A stretch of 33,333 bases of DNA, taken from NCBI GenBank assembly GCA_051000715.1, contig JBPCOB010000202.1, forward strand, positions 1 through 33,333, given 5' to 3'. Below the pieces are notes generated by a model. That model did not search any database and was not told the DNA's origin. It saw nothing but the letters and a program-made list of their open reading frames with translations. Both the position numbers and the translations under genes were made by a program. Shown here one piece after another: positions 9,044 through 17,505 of the stretch. Origin of the DNA: Mycobacteriales bacterium. GTDB taxonomy: Bacteria > Actinomycetota > Actinomycetes > JALYNC01. Positions within the stretch are counted from its first letter, which is position 1; the number at the start of each line of letters is the position of its first letter.

Positions 9044-9078
9044 GCGCTAGCCTCCGCCGACCCGAAAAGGAGGCTCCG

Positions 9079-9870
9079 ATGAGCGTGGGGCCGTTGCGAG
9101 TGGAGCGACTGGCTGACGGCGTGGTCCTGCTCACCTTGAACCTGCCGGACCGGCGGAACGCGATGACCGCCGAGCTCACCACCGCCTGGGCCGACGCCGT
9201 CCGGCACCTGGGGGAGGACCCGGCCGTGCGCTGCGTGGTGATCACCGGCGCCGGTTCGGCCTTCTGCGCCGGTGGGGACCTGGGCTGGATCGCCGAGTCG
9301 CCGGAGCTCTCCGTCGTCGACGTACGCGATCGAATGCTGCCCTTCTACCGCTCGTGGCTGTCCGTCCGCGACCTCGAGGTGCCGGTGCTGGCCGCGATCA
9401 ACGGCCCGGCTATCGGCGCGGGCCTGTGCCTGGCTCTGGCCTGCGACCTGCGGTACGCCGGGGCGCGGGCGCGCTTCGCCGCCCCGTTCACCGCGCTGGG
9501 CATGCACCCCGGCATGGCGGCCACCTGGCTGCTGCCTGAGGCGGTCGGGCTTGCGACAGCGCGCGAGCTGCTCTTCACCGGCCGCGGGGTCGACGCCGCG
9601 GAGGCGGCGGCTATCGGACTGGTGCAGCGGGTGTTCCCCGACGAGGCCCTGGTCGGTGAGGTGCTGGCGGTCGCCGCGACCGTCGCGGCGCAGGCCCCGG
9701 TGGCCCTCCGGCTCACCAAGGCGGCGCTGGCCCGTGGCGGCCACCCGACGCTGGACGATGCGCTGGCCTGGGAAGCGCTGGCCCAGCCGATCACGATGGC
9801 CACGAACGATCTGCGCGAGGGGCTGCGGGCCCAGATCGAGCGCCGACCGCCCCGGTTCACCGGCGGCTGA
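9079..9870 (+). CDS. Enoyl-CoA hydratase/isomerase family protein
   Basis: LNLPDRRNAM, AFCAGGDL, AAINGPAIGAG, ACDLR; AAGGAGG RBS before ATG 9079. Confidence 0.9.
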   Translation: MSVGPLRVERLADGVVLLTLNLPDRRNAMTAELTTAWADAVRHLGEDPAVRCVVITGAGSAFCAGGDLGWIAESPELSVVDVRDRMLPFYRSWLSVRDLEVPVLAAINGPAIGAGLCLALACDLRYAGARARFAAPFTALGMHPGMAATWLLPEAVGLATARELLFTGRGVDAAEAAAIGLVQRVFPDEALVGEVLAVAATVAAQAPVALRLTKAALARGGHPTLDDALAWEALAQPITMATNDLREGLRAQIERRPPRFTGG

Positions 9871-10048
9871 CCGATGACCGCTCTACCGCGCGCCGGACTC
9901 TGGTCTCGGCGGGCAGTCCGAAGCCCCCGGTTCCCCGTTCGGTCGCTCGCCTTCCCCTTGCGAGCGACCTCCCAGGTTGCCGGGGGCTTCGTCGCGGGCG
10001 ACGCTACGGCCGGGGCGGTGCAGACGTCAACGCAGCCGTACGGCGGCT

Positions 10049-10189
10049 TGTGGACCGGCTGGGGAACCGGTGTGTGCACCGGGCGACCGGCCTGGGGACG
10101 ACCGTCGGGACGCGGTTGTGGACGCCCGATCGGCGGACGGTCGACGGCGCCCGCGATGAGCGACAAGCGGGTCCGCGGGCTGTGGAGGA
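10049..10189. promoter_or_regulatory. Cluster of co-oriented degenerate DnaA-box-like 9-mers
   Basis: TGTGGACCG 10049, TGGGGAACC 10060, TGTGCACCG 10073, TGGGGACGA 10093, TGTGGACGC 10117, TGTGGAGGA 10181, compared with the reverse complement of the actinobacterial box TTGTCCACA. Confidence 0.5.
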
Positions 10190-10213
10190 GGAAAGGCTCG
10201 GGCTGGTGGCCGG

Positions 10214-11521
10214 TTACGACGGCGGGTCGCCGTCCGGCTGACCGCCGACCGGCCCCGACCCCGGTCCAGGATCTGGTCGCGGGTCCGGTAGAGCGGACAG
10301 GTCCAGCGGCACGGTGGTGGCGAAGCCGGTCGGGTCGTCGAGATCTTCGGCGGTGGGCAGCAGGTCGGGATGAGCCCAAAGGCCGTCGCGCCCCTGGACG
10401 CCGCGCGCCTCCAGCAGCGCACGCCACAGAGCCGCGGCGTCACGCAGCCGGCGCGGTCGCAGCTCCAGGCCGACGAGCGTCGCGAACGTCTGCTCGGCCG
10501 GCCCGCCGCTGGCCCGCCGCCGCCGGACGGTCTCCCGCAGTGCGGTCGCGCTCGGCAACGAGCCGGCAGCCGCCGCGACCACCTCGTCCACCCAGCCCTC
10601 GACCAGCGCCAGCGCGGTTTCCAGTCGGCGCAGGGCGGCTCGCTGCTCGTCGGTCTGCTCCGGCTCGAACATCCCCCCGGACAGCACCTGCTGCAGCGAC
10701 TCGGGGTCGGCCGGGTCGATGTCGGCCATCGCCGACTGCAACGCCGCACCGTCCACGGTGATCCCCCTCGCGTAGGCGTGCACCGTCTCGACCAGGTGGC
10801 CACGCAGCCAGGGAACATGCCCGAAGAGCCGATGATGGGCGGCCTCGCGCAGCGCGAGGAACAGCCGGACCTCCTCGGCCGCCACCTCGAGACCAGCGCC
10901 GTACGCCGAGACGTTGGCCGGCAGCAGCGCGGCTCGTCCGGCCGGCCCCAACGGTAGGCCGATGTCGGTGGAGCTCACCACCTCGCCGGCCAGGCTGGCG
11001 ATCGCCGAGCCCACCTGGCTGCCGAACATCATCCCGCCGACCTGCCGCAGCACGCCCACGAGCGGCCCGGCGAAGGCGGCCATCTCCTCCGGCAGGGCGC
11101 CGCTCATCGACTCGACCACCCGCGCCGCCACCGGGTCGCACAGCTGCGCCCAGACCGGCAGGGTTGCCGCCACCCACCGCCGGCGGCTCCACGCCTCGGC
11201 GGCGGTGACGCCCGACGGCAGCGTGGTCACCGGATCCAGCCACAGGTCGGCCAACCGGACCGCCTCGGCCACCTCCGCCGACTCGGCCGCCGTGGTTCCC
11301 GGGTCATCCGCCCCGGCCGCCGCCTCCGCGGTCTGCCGGGCCAGATCCCAGTTGACCGGGCCGCCCGAGTAGGACATCAGGTCGGCGAACTGGTGCAGCG
11401 CGGCGCCCAGGTCCGCCGGGCTGCCACCGGCGCCGAAGAGCCCTGCGAACGGGTCAGGGGGCCGGAACTCCTCCCTCTCCTCGCCGCCGCCGGGGCCGAA
11501 GCCGAAGGGCAGGTTGCTCAC
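10214..11521 (-). CDS. Zinc-dependent metalloprotease-like protein (DUF2342/Rv3195-like)
   Basis: SNLPFGF start, GPVNWDLA, LADLWLD, LREAAHHRLF, LETALALVEGWV, RRRASGGPAEQTF, WAHPDLLPT. Confidence 0.85.
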   Translation of the reverse strand: MSNLPFGFGPGGGEEREEFRPPDPFAGLFGAGGSPADLGAALHQFADLMSYSGGPVNWDLARQTAEAAAGADDPGTTAAESAEVAEAVRLADLWLDPVTTLPSGVTAAEAWSRRRWVAATLPVWAQLCDPVAARVVESMSGALPEEMAAFAGPLVGVLRQVGGMMFGSQVGSAIASLAGEVVSSTDIGLPLGPAGRAALLPANVSAYGAGLEVAAEEVRLFLALREAAHHRLFGHVPWLRGHLVETVHAYARGITVDGAALQSAMADIDPADPESLQQVLSGGMFEPEQTDEQRAALRRLETALALVEGWVDEVVAAAAGSLPSATALRETVRRRRASGGPAEQTFATLVGLELRPRRLRDAAALWRALLEARGVQGRDGLWAHPDLLPTAEDLDDPTGFATTVPLDLSALPDPRPDPGPGSGPVGGQPDGDPPS

Positions 11522-11600
11522 CGGGAACCTGACCGACCGGTCCGAGCGCGGGAAGAGTTCATGGCAGTCACGGTAGCCCGGCGGCCTAGAGTCGCCAGCT

Positions 11601-12023
11601 GTGACCGTCCTGCGCCTGGTCGCCGTACGCGAGAGCCCCCTGTCGGTCGAGGAGGTGCTTGCCGCGGTGTCCGACGAACGAGCCGGCGGTACGGCGCTGT
11701 TCATCGGCACGGTGCGCCGCGACGACGGCGGCCGCGGGGTCACCCGGCTCGACTACACCGCTCACCCGGATGCGGAGGCCGCGATCCGGGCGGTGGCCGA
11801 CGCGGTAGCGGCCGACTTCCCGGCGGTCGCCCTGGCCGCGACCCACCGCGTGGGTGAGCTGGCCGTCGGTGACCTCGCGGTGGTTGTCGCGGCGTCCTGC
11901 CCGCATCGCGCCGAGGCTTTCGCGGCGGCCCGGCGCCTGATCGACGACCTCAAGGCCACGGTGCCGATCTGGAAGCACCAGGTCTTCGCCGACGGCGGGG
12001 AGGAGTGGGTCGGCGCTCCCTAG
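11601..12023 (+). CDS. moaE: Molybdopterin synthase catalytic subunit
   Basis: FIGTVR, HRVGELAVGD, PHRAEAF, IDDLKATVPIWKHQ. Confidence 0.92.
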   Translation: MTVLRLVAVRESPLSVEEVLAAVSDERAGGTALFIGTVRRDDGGRGVTRLDYTAHPDAEAAIRAVADAVAADFPAVALAATHRVGELAVGDLAVVVAASCPHRAEAFAAARRLIDDLKATVPIWKHQVFADGGEEWVGAP

Positions 12024-12106
12024 CGCCCGGCGCGTAACCGATGCGCGCGCGCCCGGGCCTACAGTGGTGCGTCGGTCCGATCCGTCCCTAGCTCGAGGCA
12101 ACGCTC

Positions 12107-12307
12107 ATGTCCGCTATCGCCTGGTGGATCGTGCCGGCCGTAGCCACCCTCGCCGCCATGGCCTGGGCTCGCTGGGCCGCCCGGCCCCGCCGCCCGCAGG
12201 GTGTCACCGAGTCGGTCGAGCACTACCGCCGGGTACGGGCTGCCATGGCGCAGACATCCGCCAGGTCCCGGTCGACGGCGAACCGGCGGCGCCGTCGCGG
12301 GGCCTGA
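12107..12307 (+). CDS. Small single-TM hypothetical protein
   Basis: GAGG RBS, hydrophobic N-terminus (IAWWIVPAVATLAAMAW), basic tail; fills the moaE-PDZ gap. Confidence 0.65.
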   Translation: MSAIAWWIVPAVATLAAMAWARWAARPRRPQGVTESVEHYRRVRAAMAQTSARSRSTANRRRRRGA

Positions 12308-12341
12308 CTCCTAGCCGGCTGGGTCACGTACTCTCGAAAAC

Positions 12342-13388
12342 GTGTCCCGGCGCGTGAGCACTATGGTTGTCGCGAGTGTGCTCGCCCTGGTCCTGGCGGC
12401 GGTCGGAGCCCTGCTGCGGGTGCCGTACGTCGCCCTCGGGCCAGGCCCGGTGACCGACACCCTGGGCAAGCGCTCGGACGGCGTACCGCTGATCTCGATC
12501 AAGGGCCGGCAGACCTACCCGACCACCGGCCACCTCGATCTCACCACGGTCTCGGTCGCCGGTGGCCCGCCGAGCCCGATCAACCTGGCTACAGCGCTGC
12601 GCGGCTGGCTGGACCGCAGCATCGCCGTCGTCCCACAGGAGCTCGTCTACCCGCCGCGGGAGACCTCGAAGGAGATCGAGCAACAGAACACCGAGGACAT
12701 GCTGGATTCCCAGCAGAGCGCGACCACGGCCGCGCTGCGGGCGCTGTCGATCCCGGTCGGTACGACGGTGGTGGTCGGCTCGGTAGCGAAGGGCAAGCCG
12801 GCGGATGGCCGGCTGCGGCCCGGTGACGTCATCACCGCGGTCGACGGTACGGCGGTGACCTCGACCGACTCCCTCCGGAAGCTCATCTCCAGCCGGCCGG
12901 CCGGCAGCTCGCTGCGGCTGCTGATCTTCCGGGACGGGCGGTCGATCCCTCTCGAGCTGCGAACGGTGGCTGACCCGAGCGACGGCAACCGGCCGCTGAT
13001 CGGTATCGAGCCCAAGGTGAAGCACGTCTACCCCTTCACGGTGTCCTTCGGCCTGCGCGACGTCGGCGGGCCCAGCGCGGGGCTGATGTTCGCGCTCGGC
13101 ATCATCGACAAGCTGACGCCCGGGCCGCTGACCGGCGGCCGGTTCGTCGCCGGCACCGGAGAGATCACCGACGACGGGACGGTGAACCCCATCGGCGGTA
13201 TCCAGCAGAAGATCGTGGCGGCCCGGCGAGCGGGCGCCACGATCTTCCTGACACCGGCGGAGAACTGCTCGGCCGCGGTCAAGGGCCGCCCGGAGGGGCT
13301 GCGGCTGGTCAAGGTCTCCAAGCTTGCGGACGCGCTGACCAGCCTGGAGGCGGCGGTCGCCGGGGGGGCCGGCGTACCGGCCTGCTGA
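12342..13388 (+). CDS. PDZ domain plus Lon-like (S16) protease, membrane anchored (YlbL/Rv3194c-like)
   Basis: N-terminal TM, PDZ (LRPGDVITAVDG), VGGPSAGL catalytic Ser, IGGIQQK catalytic Lys. Confidence 0.92.
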   Translation: MSRRVSTMVVASVLALVLAAVGALLRVPYVALGPGPVTDTLGKRSDGVPLISIKGRQTYPTTGHLDLTTVSVAGGPPSPINLATALRGWLDRSIAVVPQELVYPPRETSKEIEQQNTEDMLDSQQSATTAALRALSIPVGTTVVVGSVAKGKPADGRLRPGDVITAVDGTAVTSTDSLRKLISSRPAGSSLRLLIFRDGRSIPLELRTVADPSDGNRPLIGIEPKVKHVYPFTVSFGLRDVGGPSAGLMFALGIIDKLTPGPLTGGRFVAGTGEITDDGTVNPIGGIQQKIVAARRAGATIFLTPAENCSAAVKGRPEGLRLVKVSKLADALTSLEAAVAGGAGVPAC

Positions 13389-13418
13389 TTTGACCCCTCG
13401 GTGCAGCCGCTCGGGCGG

Positions 13419-13934
13419 TCAGTCCACCAGGGTGGCGGCCAGGGCGTCGGCGAGGTTGGGCACCAGGTCGGGTCCGCCGAGCACCTCCTCGCCTGCTCCG
13501 AGGGTCCCTCGGAGCCGCAGGGTCGCCGCCCGCGAGCCGTCGCGCAGTACGCCGACCGCCATCCGGACCTCCCGCCGGTCCGGATGGCGGGACGCCCAGC
13601 CGGCCGGGTCCATGCCTTCGGGGGGCGCCTCCCCGTCGGCGCCCGGTGGCAGGACCGTCGCCTCGGTGACGACGGCGCAACCGAGTACCTCCGCCGGCCA
13701 GCCGACGCCCGCCAGGACGTCGTCCAGCGGGCCGGGGGGTAGAGAGTCCTGCTCGACCGGCGTCAGCGCCGCGGTGGTCGCCTCGGCCAGCCCCAGCGAG
13801 GCGGCCAGGGCCGGCTCGCGTCGCAGCAGGTCGGCGGTCGCCACCAGCGCGTAGAGCCGGAGCGGCTGGTCCCAGCCGTCCTCGGCCACGTGCCGCTCGA
13901 TCTCGGCGACGACGGCCGCCAGCCCCGCGCTCAT
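13419..13934 (-). CDS. PPA1309-family protein
   Basis: EIERHV..GWDQP.RLYALV, LTPVEQ, WPAEVLGCA, REVRMAVGVLRDG, LVPNL; typical position next to UPF0182. Confidence 0.8.
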   Translation of the reverse strand: MSAGLAAVVAEIERHVAEDGWDQPLRLYALVATADLLRREPALAASLGLAEATTAALTPVEQDSLPPGPLDDVLAGVGWPAEVLGCAVVTEATVLPPGADGEAPPEGMDPAGWASRHPDRREVRMAVGVLRDGSRAATLRLRGTLGAGEEVLGGPDLVPNLADALAATLVD

Positions 13935-14030
13935 TTGCCCAGTGTCGCGGGTCGGACGGCCGGGAACCGGCGCGCCGGCCGGTAAGTTGCTCACGAAGGC
14001 GACGTACGTCGCCAGAGGTCCGACCCCGAG

Positions 14031-16940
14031 GTGGCCGTGAGCTTTCGGACCCCCACCGCAGCCGGGCTACCCCGGCTCCCCCGCCGTCCCCGGCTGCTCG
14101 TGCCGGTAGCGGTGGTGGTGTTCGTCACGCTGCTGGTCCTCGGCGTCCTGACCGCGCTGTACACCGACCTGCTGTGGTTCCGCTCGATCGGTTACTCGAG
14201 GGTCTTCACGACCCGGTTCCGGACGCAGCTGTTGCTGTTCGCCCTGTTCGGGCTGCTGATGGCGGTCATCGTCGGGGCCAACATGGTGATCGCCTACCGG
14301 CTCCGTCCACCGTTTCGACCAATGTCTGTCGAGCAGCAGAACCTCGAGCGCTACCGCATGACCGTGGAGCCCTATCTCACGCCCCTGCTCCTGGCCGTCA
14401 TGGGTGGGCTCGGCCTGCTCGGTGGCCTGTCCGCAGCCGGCCGGTGGCGGACCTGGCTGCTGTGGCGCAATGCGGTGCCGTTCGGGCAGCGTGACGCCCA
14501 GTTCCACCGCGACATCAGCTACTTCGCCTTCACCTACCCGTTCCAGCGGTTCATCCTGGGCTTCCTGTTCTTCGCGCTGATCCTGTCGCTGCTGGCCGCG
14601 GCGCTGGTCCACTACATATTCGGCGGTCTTCGCCTGCAAACGCCGGCGGACCGGGTGAGCCCGGCGACCCAGGCGCACCTGTCGGTGCTGCTGGGCCTGT
14701 TCGTGCTGCTGAAGGCGGTCGCGTACTACCTCGACCGGTTCGGGCTGGCGTTCTCCCCGCGGGGCGTGGTCACCGGGCCGTCCTACACCGACGTCAACGC
14801 CGTGCTGCCGGCCAAGACGATTCTGGTGTTCGTCGCCGTGATCAGCGCCGGGCTGTTCTTCGTCACGCTGTTCTCCAACCGGGCGCTGTGGCCGGCCGTC
14901 GGACTGGGGCTGATGGTGGTCCTGGCGGTCGTGATCGGCGGGGTGTACCCGGCGGTGATCCAGCGCTTCCAGGTCGCTCCCAGCGAGGCGAACAAGGAGG
15001 CGCCCTACATCCAGCGCAACATCGAGGCCACCGGCAAGGCCTACGCGCTCGACGGCGTAGAGCAGCGCCCGTACGCCGGTGTGGGCGCCGGTGACCTCGC
15101 GAAGCTGCGTGCCGACAAGGCGACGCTGCCCAACATCCGGCTGCTCGACCCCAACGAGCTGCAACAGACCTGGCAGAGCCTGCAGAGCCTGAAGACCTTC
15201 TACCGGTTCGCCGACACCCTCGACATCGACCGCTACACGATCGGCGGCCGGCAGACCGACCAGGTCGTCGGGGTTCGCGAGCTCAACCCCGGTGGCCTGC
15301 CGACGGAGAACTGGATCAACCAGCATCTGGTCTACACCCACGGGTACGGCTTCGTCGCGGCTCCCGGGACCCAGGTGGACAGCGAGGGGCGGCCGCTGTT
15401 CTCGGCGAAGAACCTGCCGCAGGAGGGTTCCATCGAGGTCACGGAACCGCGGGTGTACTTCGGTGAGAACTCCCCGGCGTACTCCGTGGTCGGCGCGCCC
15501 GCCGGCGTGGCGCCGCAGGAGCTGGACTTCCCGAGCGACCAGAACGCCGACGGCCAGGTCAAGAACAGCTACGCCGGCAACGGCGGCGTAGCGATGGGAT
15601 CCAGCTTTCGCAAGCTGCTGTACGCCTTCCACTTCCGGGACAAGAACCTCTTGCTGTCCAACGGGATCAACGCGGCGTCCCGCATCCTCTACGTCCGCAA
15701 CCCCCGGGACCGGGTGCAGAAGGCGGCGCCGTACCTGAAGCTCGACGGCGATCCGTACCCAGCGGTGGTGGACGGCCGGATCCTGTGGATCCTCGACGGT
15801 TACACCACCAGCGACGGCTACCCCTACTCCCAGCGCCAGACGCTCGGCGAGGTGACCCGGGACACCACCGTGGCGACCTCGGACGCGGTCGCCGCCCAGC
15901 CGCGGGACCAGGTCAACTACATCCGCAACTCGGTCAAGGCCACCGTCGACGCGTTCGACGGGACGGTGACGCTCTACGCCTGGGACGACAAGGACCCGGT
16001 GCTGCGGACCTGGATGCGCGCCTTCCCGAACACGGTGTCGCCGAAGTCGGACATCAGCCCCGACCTGGCGGCCCACCTGCGTTACCCCGAGGACCTGTTC
16101 AAGGTGCAGCGCGAGCTGCTGACCAAGTACCACGTGGGCCGGCCATTGGACTTCTACAACGGCACCGACTTCTGGAAGGTCCCTCCTGACCCGACGCAGA
16201 AGGGAACATCGATCAGCCAGCCGCCGTACTACCTCACCATCGCGCTGCCCGGCAGTGACCGGCCCAGCTTCTCGCTGACCTCGCCGCTGGTGGCGAAGAA
16301 CCGGCCGAACCTCACGGCGTTCCTCTCGGTCAGCAGCGATCCGGCGAGCTACGGCAAGATGACCCTGCTCGAGCTGCCCCGGAACGTCCAGGTCAACGGC
16401 CCCGGCCAGGTGGCCAACAACTTCGAGTCCGACCCCACCGCGGCTCAGCAGCTAACCCTGCTCCGGGGCGGTGGCTCCAAGACGGTCGAGGCCAACCTGC
16501 TCACCTACCCCGTCGGCGCCGGCCTGCTCTACGTGCAGCCGATCTACGTGCAGGCGCTCAGCGGCGAGGGCAGCTACCCCGCTCTCAAGCGGGTCTTCGT
16601 CGGCTTCGGTGACAAGATCGCTTTCTCACCGACGCTGGGCGCGGCCCTGGACGAGGTCTTCGGCGCCCAGGGGCCGGTTACGCCACCGCCGGGCGGAGGC
16701 ACGCCGCCGCCGGGCGGTACCGGCGGGAACGCCGCGCTCCGGCAGGCGATCGCCGACGCGAACGCGGCCTTTGTCGCGGGCCAGCAGGCACTGAAGACGG
16801 GGGACTTCGCGGCGTACGGCGCGGCCCAGGCCCGGCTGCAGGCGGCCCTGGCGCGGGCCGCGGCGGCGAGCGGTTCCACCGGCGGTACGACGTCGACACC
16901 CAGTCCGGCGCCGTCGGTTTCCGCCTCGCCGACGCCGTGA
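14031..16940 (+). CDS. UPF0182 family membrane protein (Rv3193c-like)
   Basis: YTDLLWF, multiple TM helices, YTHGYG, PRVYFGE, DGDPYP, NYIRNSVKATVDAFDG, HLRYPEDLFKVQ. Confidence 0.93.
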   Translation: MAVSFRTPTAAGLPRLPRRPRLLVPVAVVVFVTLLVLGVLTALYTDLLWFRSIGYSRVFTTRFRTQLLLFALFGLLMAVIVGANMVIAYRLRPPFRPMSVEQQNLERYRMTVEPYLTPLLLAVMGGLGLLGGLSAAGRWRTWLLWRNAVPFGQRDAQFHRDISYFAFTYPFQRFILGFLFFALILSLLAAALVHYIFGGLRLQTPADRVSPATQAHLSVLLGLFVLLKAVAYYLDRFGLAFSPRGVVTGPSYTDVNAVLPAKTILVFVAVISAGLFFVTLFSNRALWPAVGLGLMVVLAVVIGGVYPAVIQRFQVAPSEANKEAPYIQRNIEATGKAYALDGVEQRPYAGVGAGDLAKLRADKATLPNIRLLDPNELQQTWQSLQSLKTFYRFADTLDIDRYTIGGRQTDQVVGVRELNPGGLPTENWINQHLVYTHGYGFVAAPGTQVDSEGRPLFSAKNLPQEGSIEVTEPRVYFGENSPAYSVVGAPAGVAPQELDFPSDQNADGQVKNSYAGNGGVAMGSSFRKLLYAFHFRDKNLLLSNGINAASRILYVRNPRDRVQKAAPYLKLDGDPYPAVVDGRILWILDGYTTSDGYPYSQRQTLGEVTRDTTVATSDAVAAQPRDQVNYIRNSVKATVDAFDGTVTLYAWDDKDPVLRTWMRAFPNTVSPKSDISPDLAAHLRYPEDLFKVQRELLTKYHVGRPLDFYNGTDFWKVPPDPTQKGTSISQPPYYLTIALPGSDRPSFSLTSPLVAKNRPNLTAFLSVSSDPASYGKMTLLELPRNVQVNGPGQVANNFESDPTAAQQLTLLRGGGSKTVEANLLTYPVGAGLLYVQPIYVQALSGEGSYPALKRVFVGFGDKIAFSPTLGAALDEVFGAQGPVTPPPGGGTPPPGGTGGNAALRQAIADANAAFVAGQQALKTGDFAAYGAAQARLQAALARAAAASGSTGGTTSTPSPAPSVSASPTP

Positions 16941-16950
16941 GCCCGGGCGG

Positions 16951-16980
16951 TTGCCGCTTCCGGGGGATCCGGCGTAGAGT
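16951..16980 (+). promoter_or_regulatory. Housekeeping-sigma promoter of the tRNA gene
   Basis: TTGCCG-18 nt-TAGAGT ending 11 nt before the tRNA. Confidence 0.65.
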
Positions 16981-16991
16981 CGGAGGACCGA

Positions 16992-17068
16992 CGCGGGGTG
17001 GAGCAGCTCGGTAGCTCGCTGGGCTCATAACCCAGAGGTCGCAGGTTCAAATCCTGCCCCCGCTACCA
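16992..17068 (+). tRNA. tRNA-Met(CAT), initiator (fMet) type
   Basis: 77-nt cloverleaf, anticodon loop CTCATAA, GGG/CCC pairs in the anticodon stem, unpaired C1, GGTTCAAATCC T-arm, encoded CCA. Confidence 0.97.
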
Positions 17069-17083
17069 AAGAAGGTGCAGGTC

Positions 17084-17119
17084 AGAGGCTCGGTCCGGAC
17101 AAAATTGGACCGGGCCTCT
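17084..17119 (+). terminator. Hairpin after the tRNA
   Basis: AGAGGCTCGGTCC...GGACCGGGCCTCT inverted repeat (one G-U pair). Confidence 0.7.
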
Positions 17120-17299
17120 TGATCATCCGTCCGTCAACCGTCCGTGAAATTGTCGGACACCACGGGCGGAATCGCGGCACCAAGTGGCAGCAACGGTCCC
17201 GCAGTCTGGCCCCTTCGGGTCCCCATAGGACGCCTGATGGAGCCGCTGAACGGTGGAGCAACTCCCTCTCGTCATGACCGTTCCCGTCAGGCGCGAGAC

Positions 17300-17357
17300 T
17301 GATCATCTCGTCCCCTGTTGCCGGTTCGTGATCATCTCGTCCCCTGTTGCCGGCTCG
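17300..17357. repeat. 29-bp tandem direct repeat (2 copies, 1 mismatch)
   Basis: TGATCATCTCGTCCCCTGTTGCCGG(T/C)TCG at 17300-17328 and 17329-17357. Confidence 0.9.
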
Positions 17358-17505
17358 ACCGAGGACGGCCGTCGGCAAGAAGTTGCGCTGGCCGGATCCA
17401 GCCGGCGCGGTCCAGCGCTTGTTCGTGGGAACTGTCGTCATTCGCTGCGATACTTCCCCGTGATGACGCACCGCCCCCACATCCCCCCAAGAGGCTAAGT
17501 TGGTC

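Noticed and set aside
8584-9078. Long N-terminal extensions in the ORF track (this one, and likewise for whiB7, mrx1, the metalloprotease and abiEii)
   Set aside because: They overlap neighbouring genes; downstream starts have an RBS or stop-start coupling and fit family lengths.
9871-10213. Chromosomal oriC
   Set aside because: Boxes are degenerate, with no dnaA/dnaN neighbours and no AT-rich unwinding element.
9874-10761. 295-aa plus-strand ORF after the enoyl-CoA hydratase
   Set aside because: Low-complexity Arg/Pro/Ala sequence overlapping the metalloprotease antisense; no motifs.
14067-16133. 688-aa minus-strand ORF
   Set aside because: Antisense shadow of the UPF0182 gene.
17300-17357. 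29-bp repeats as a mini CRISPR array
   Set aside because: Two abutting copies with no spacer and no cas genes.
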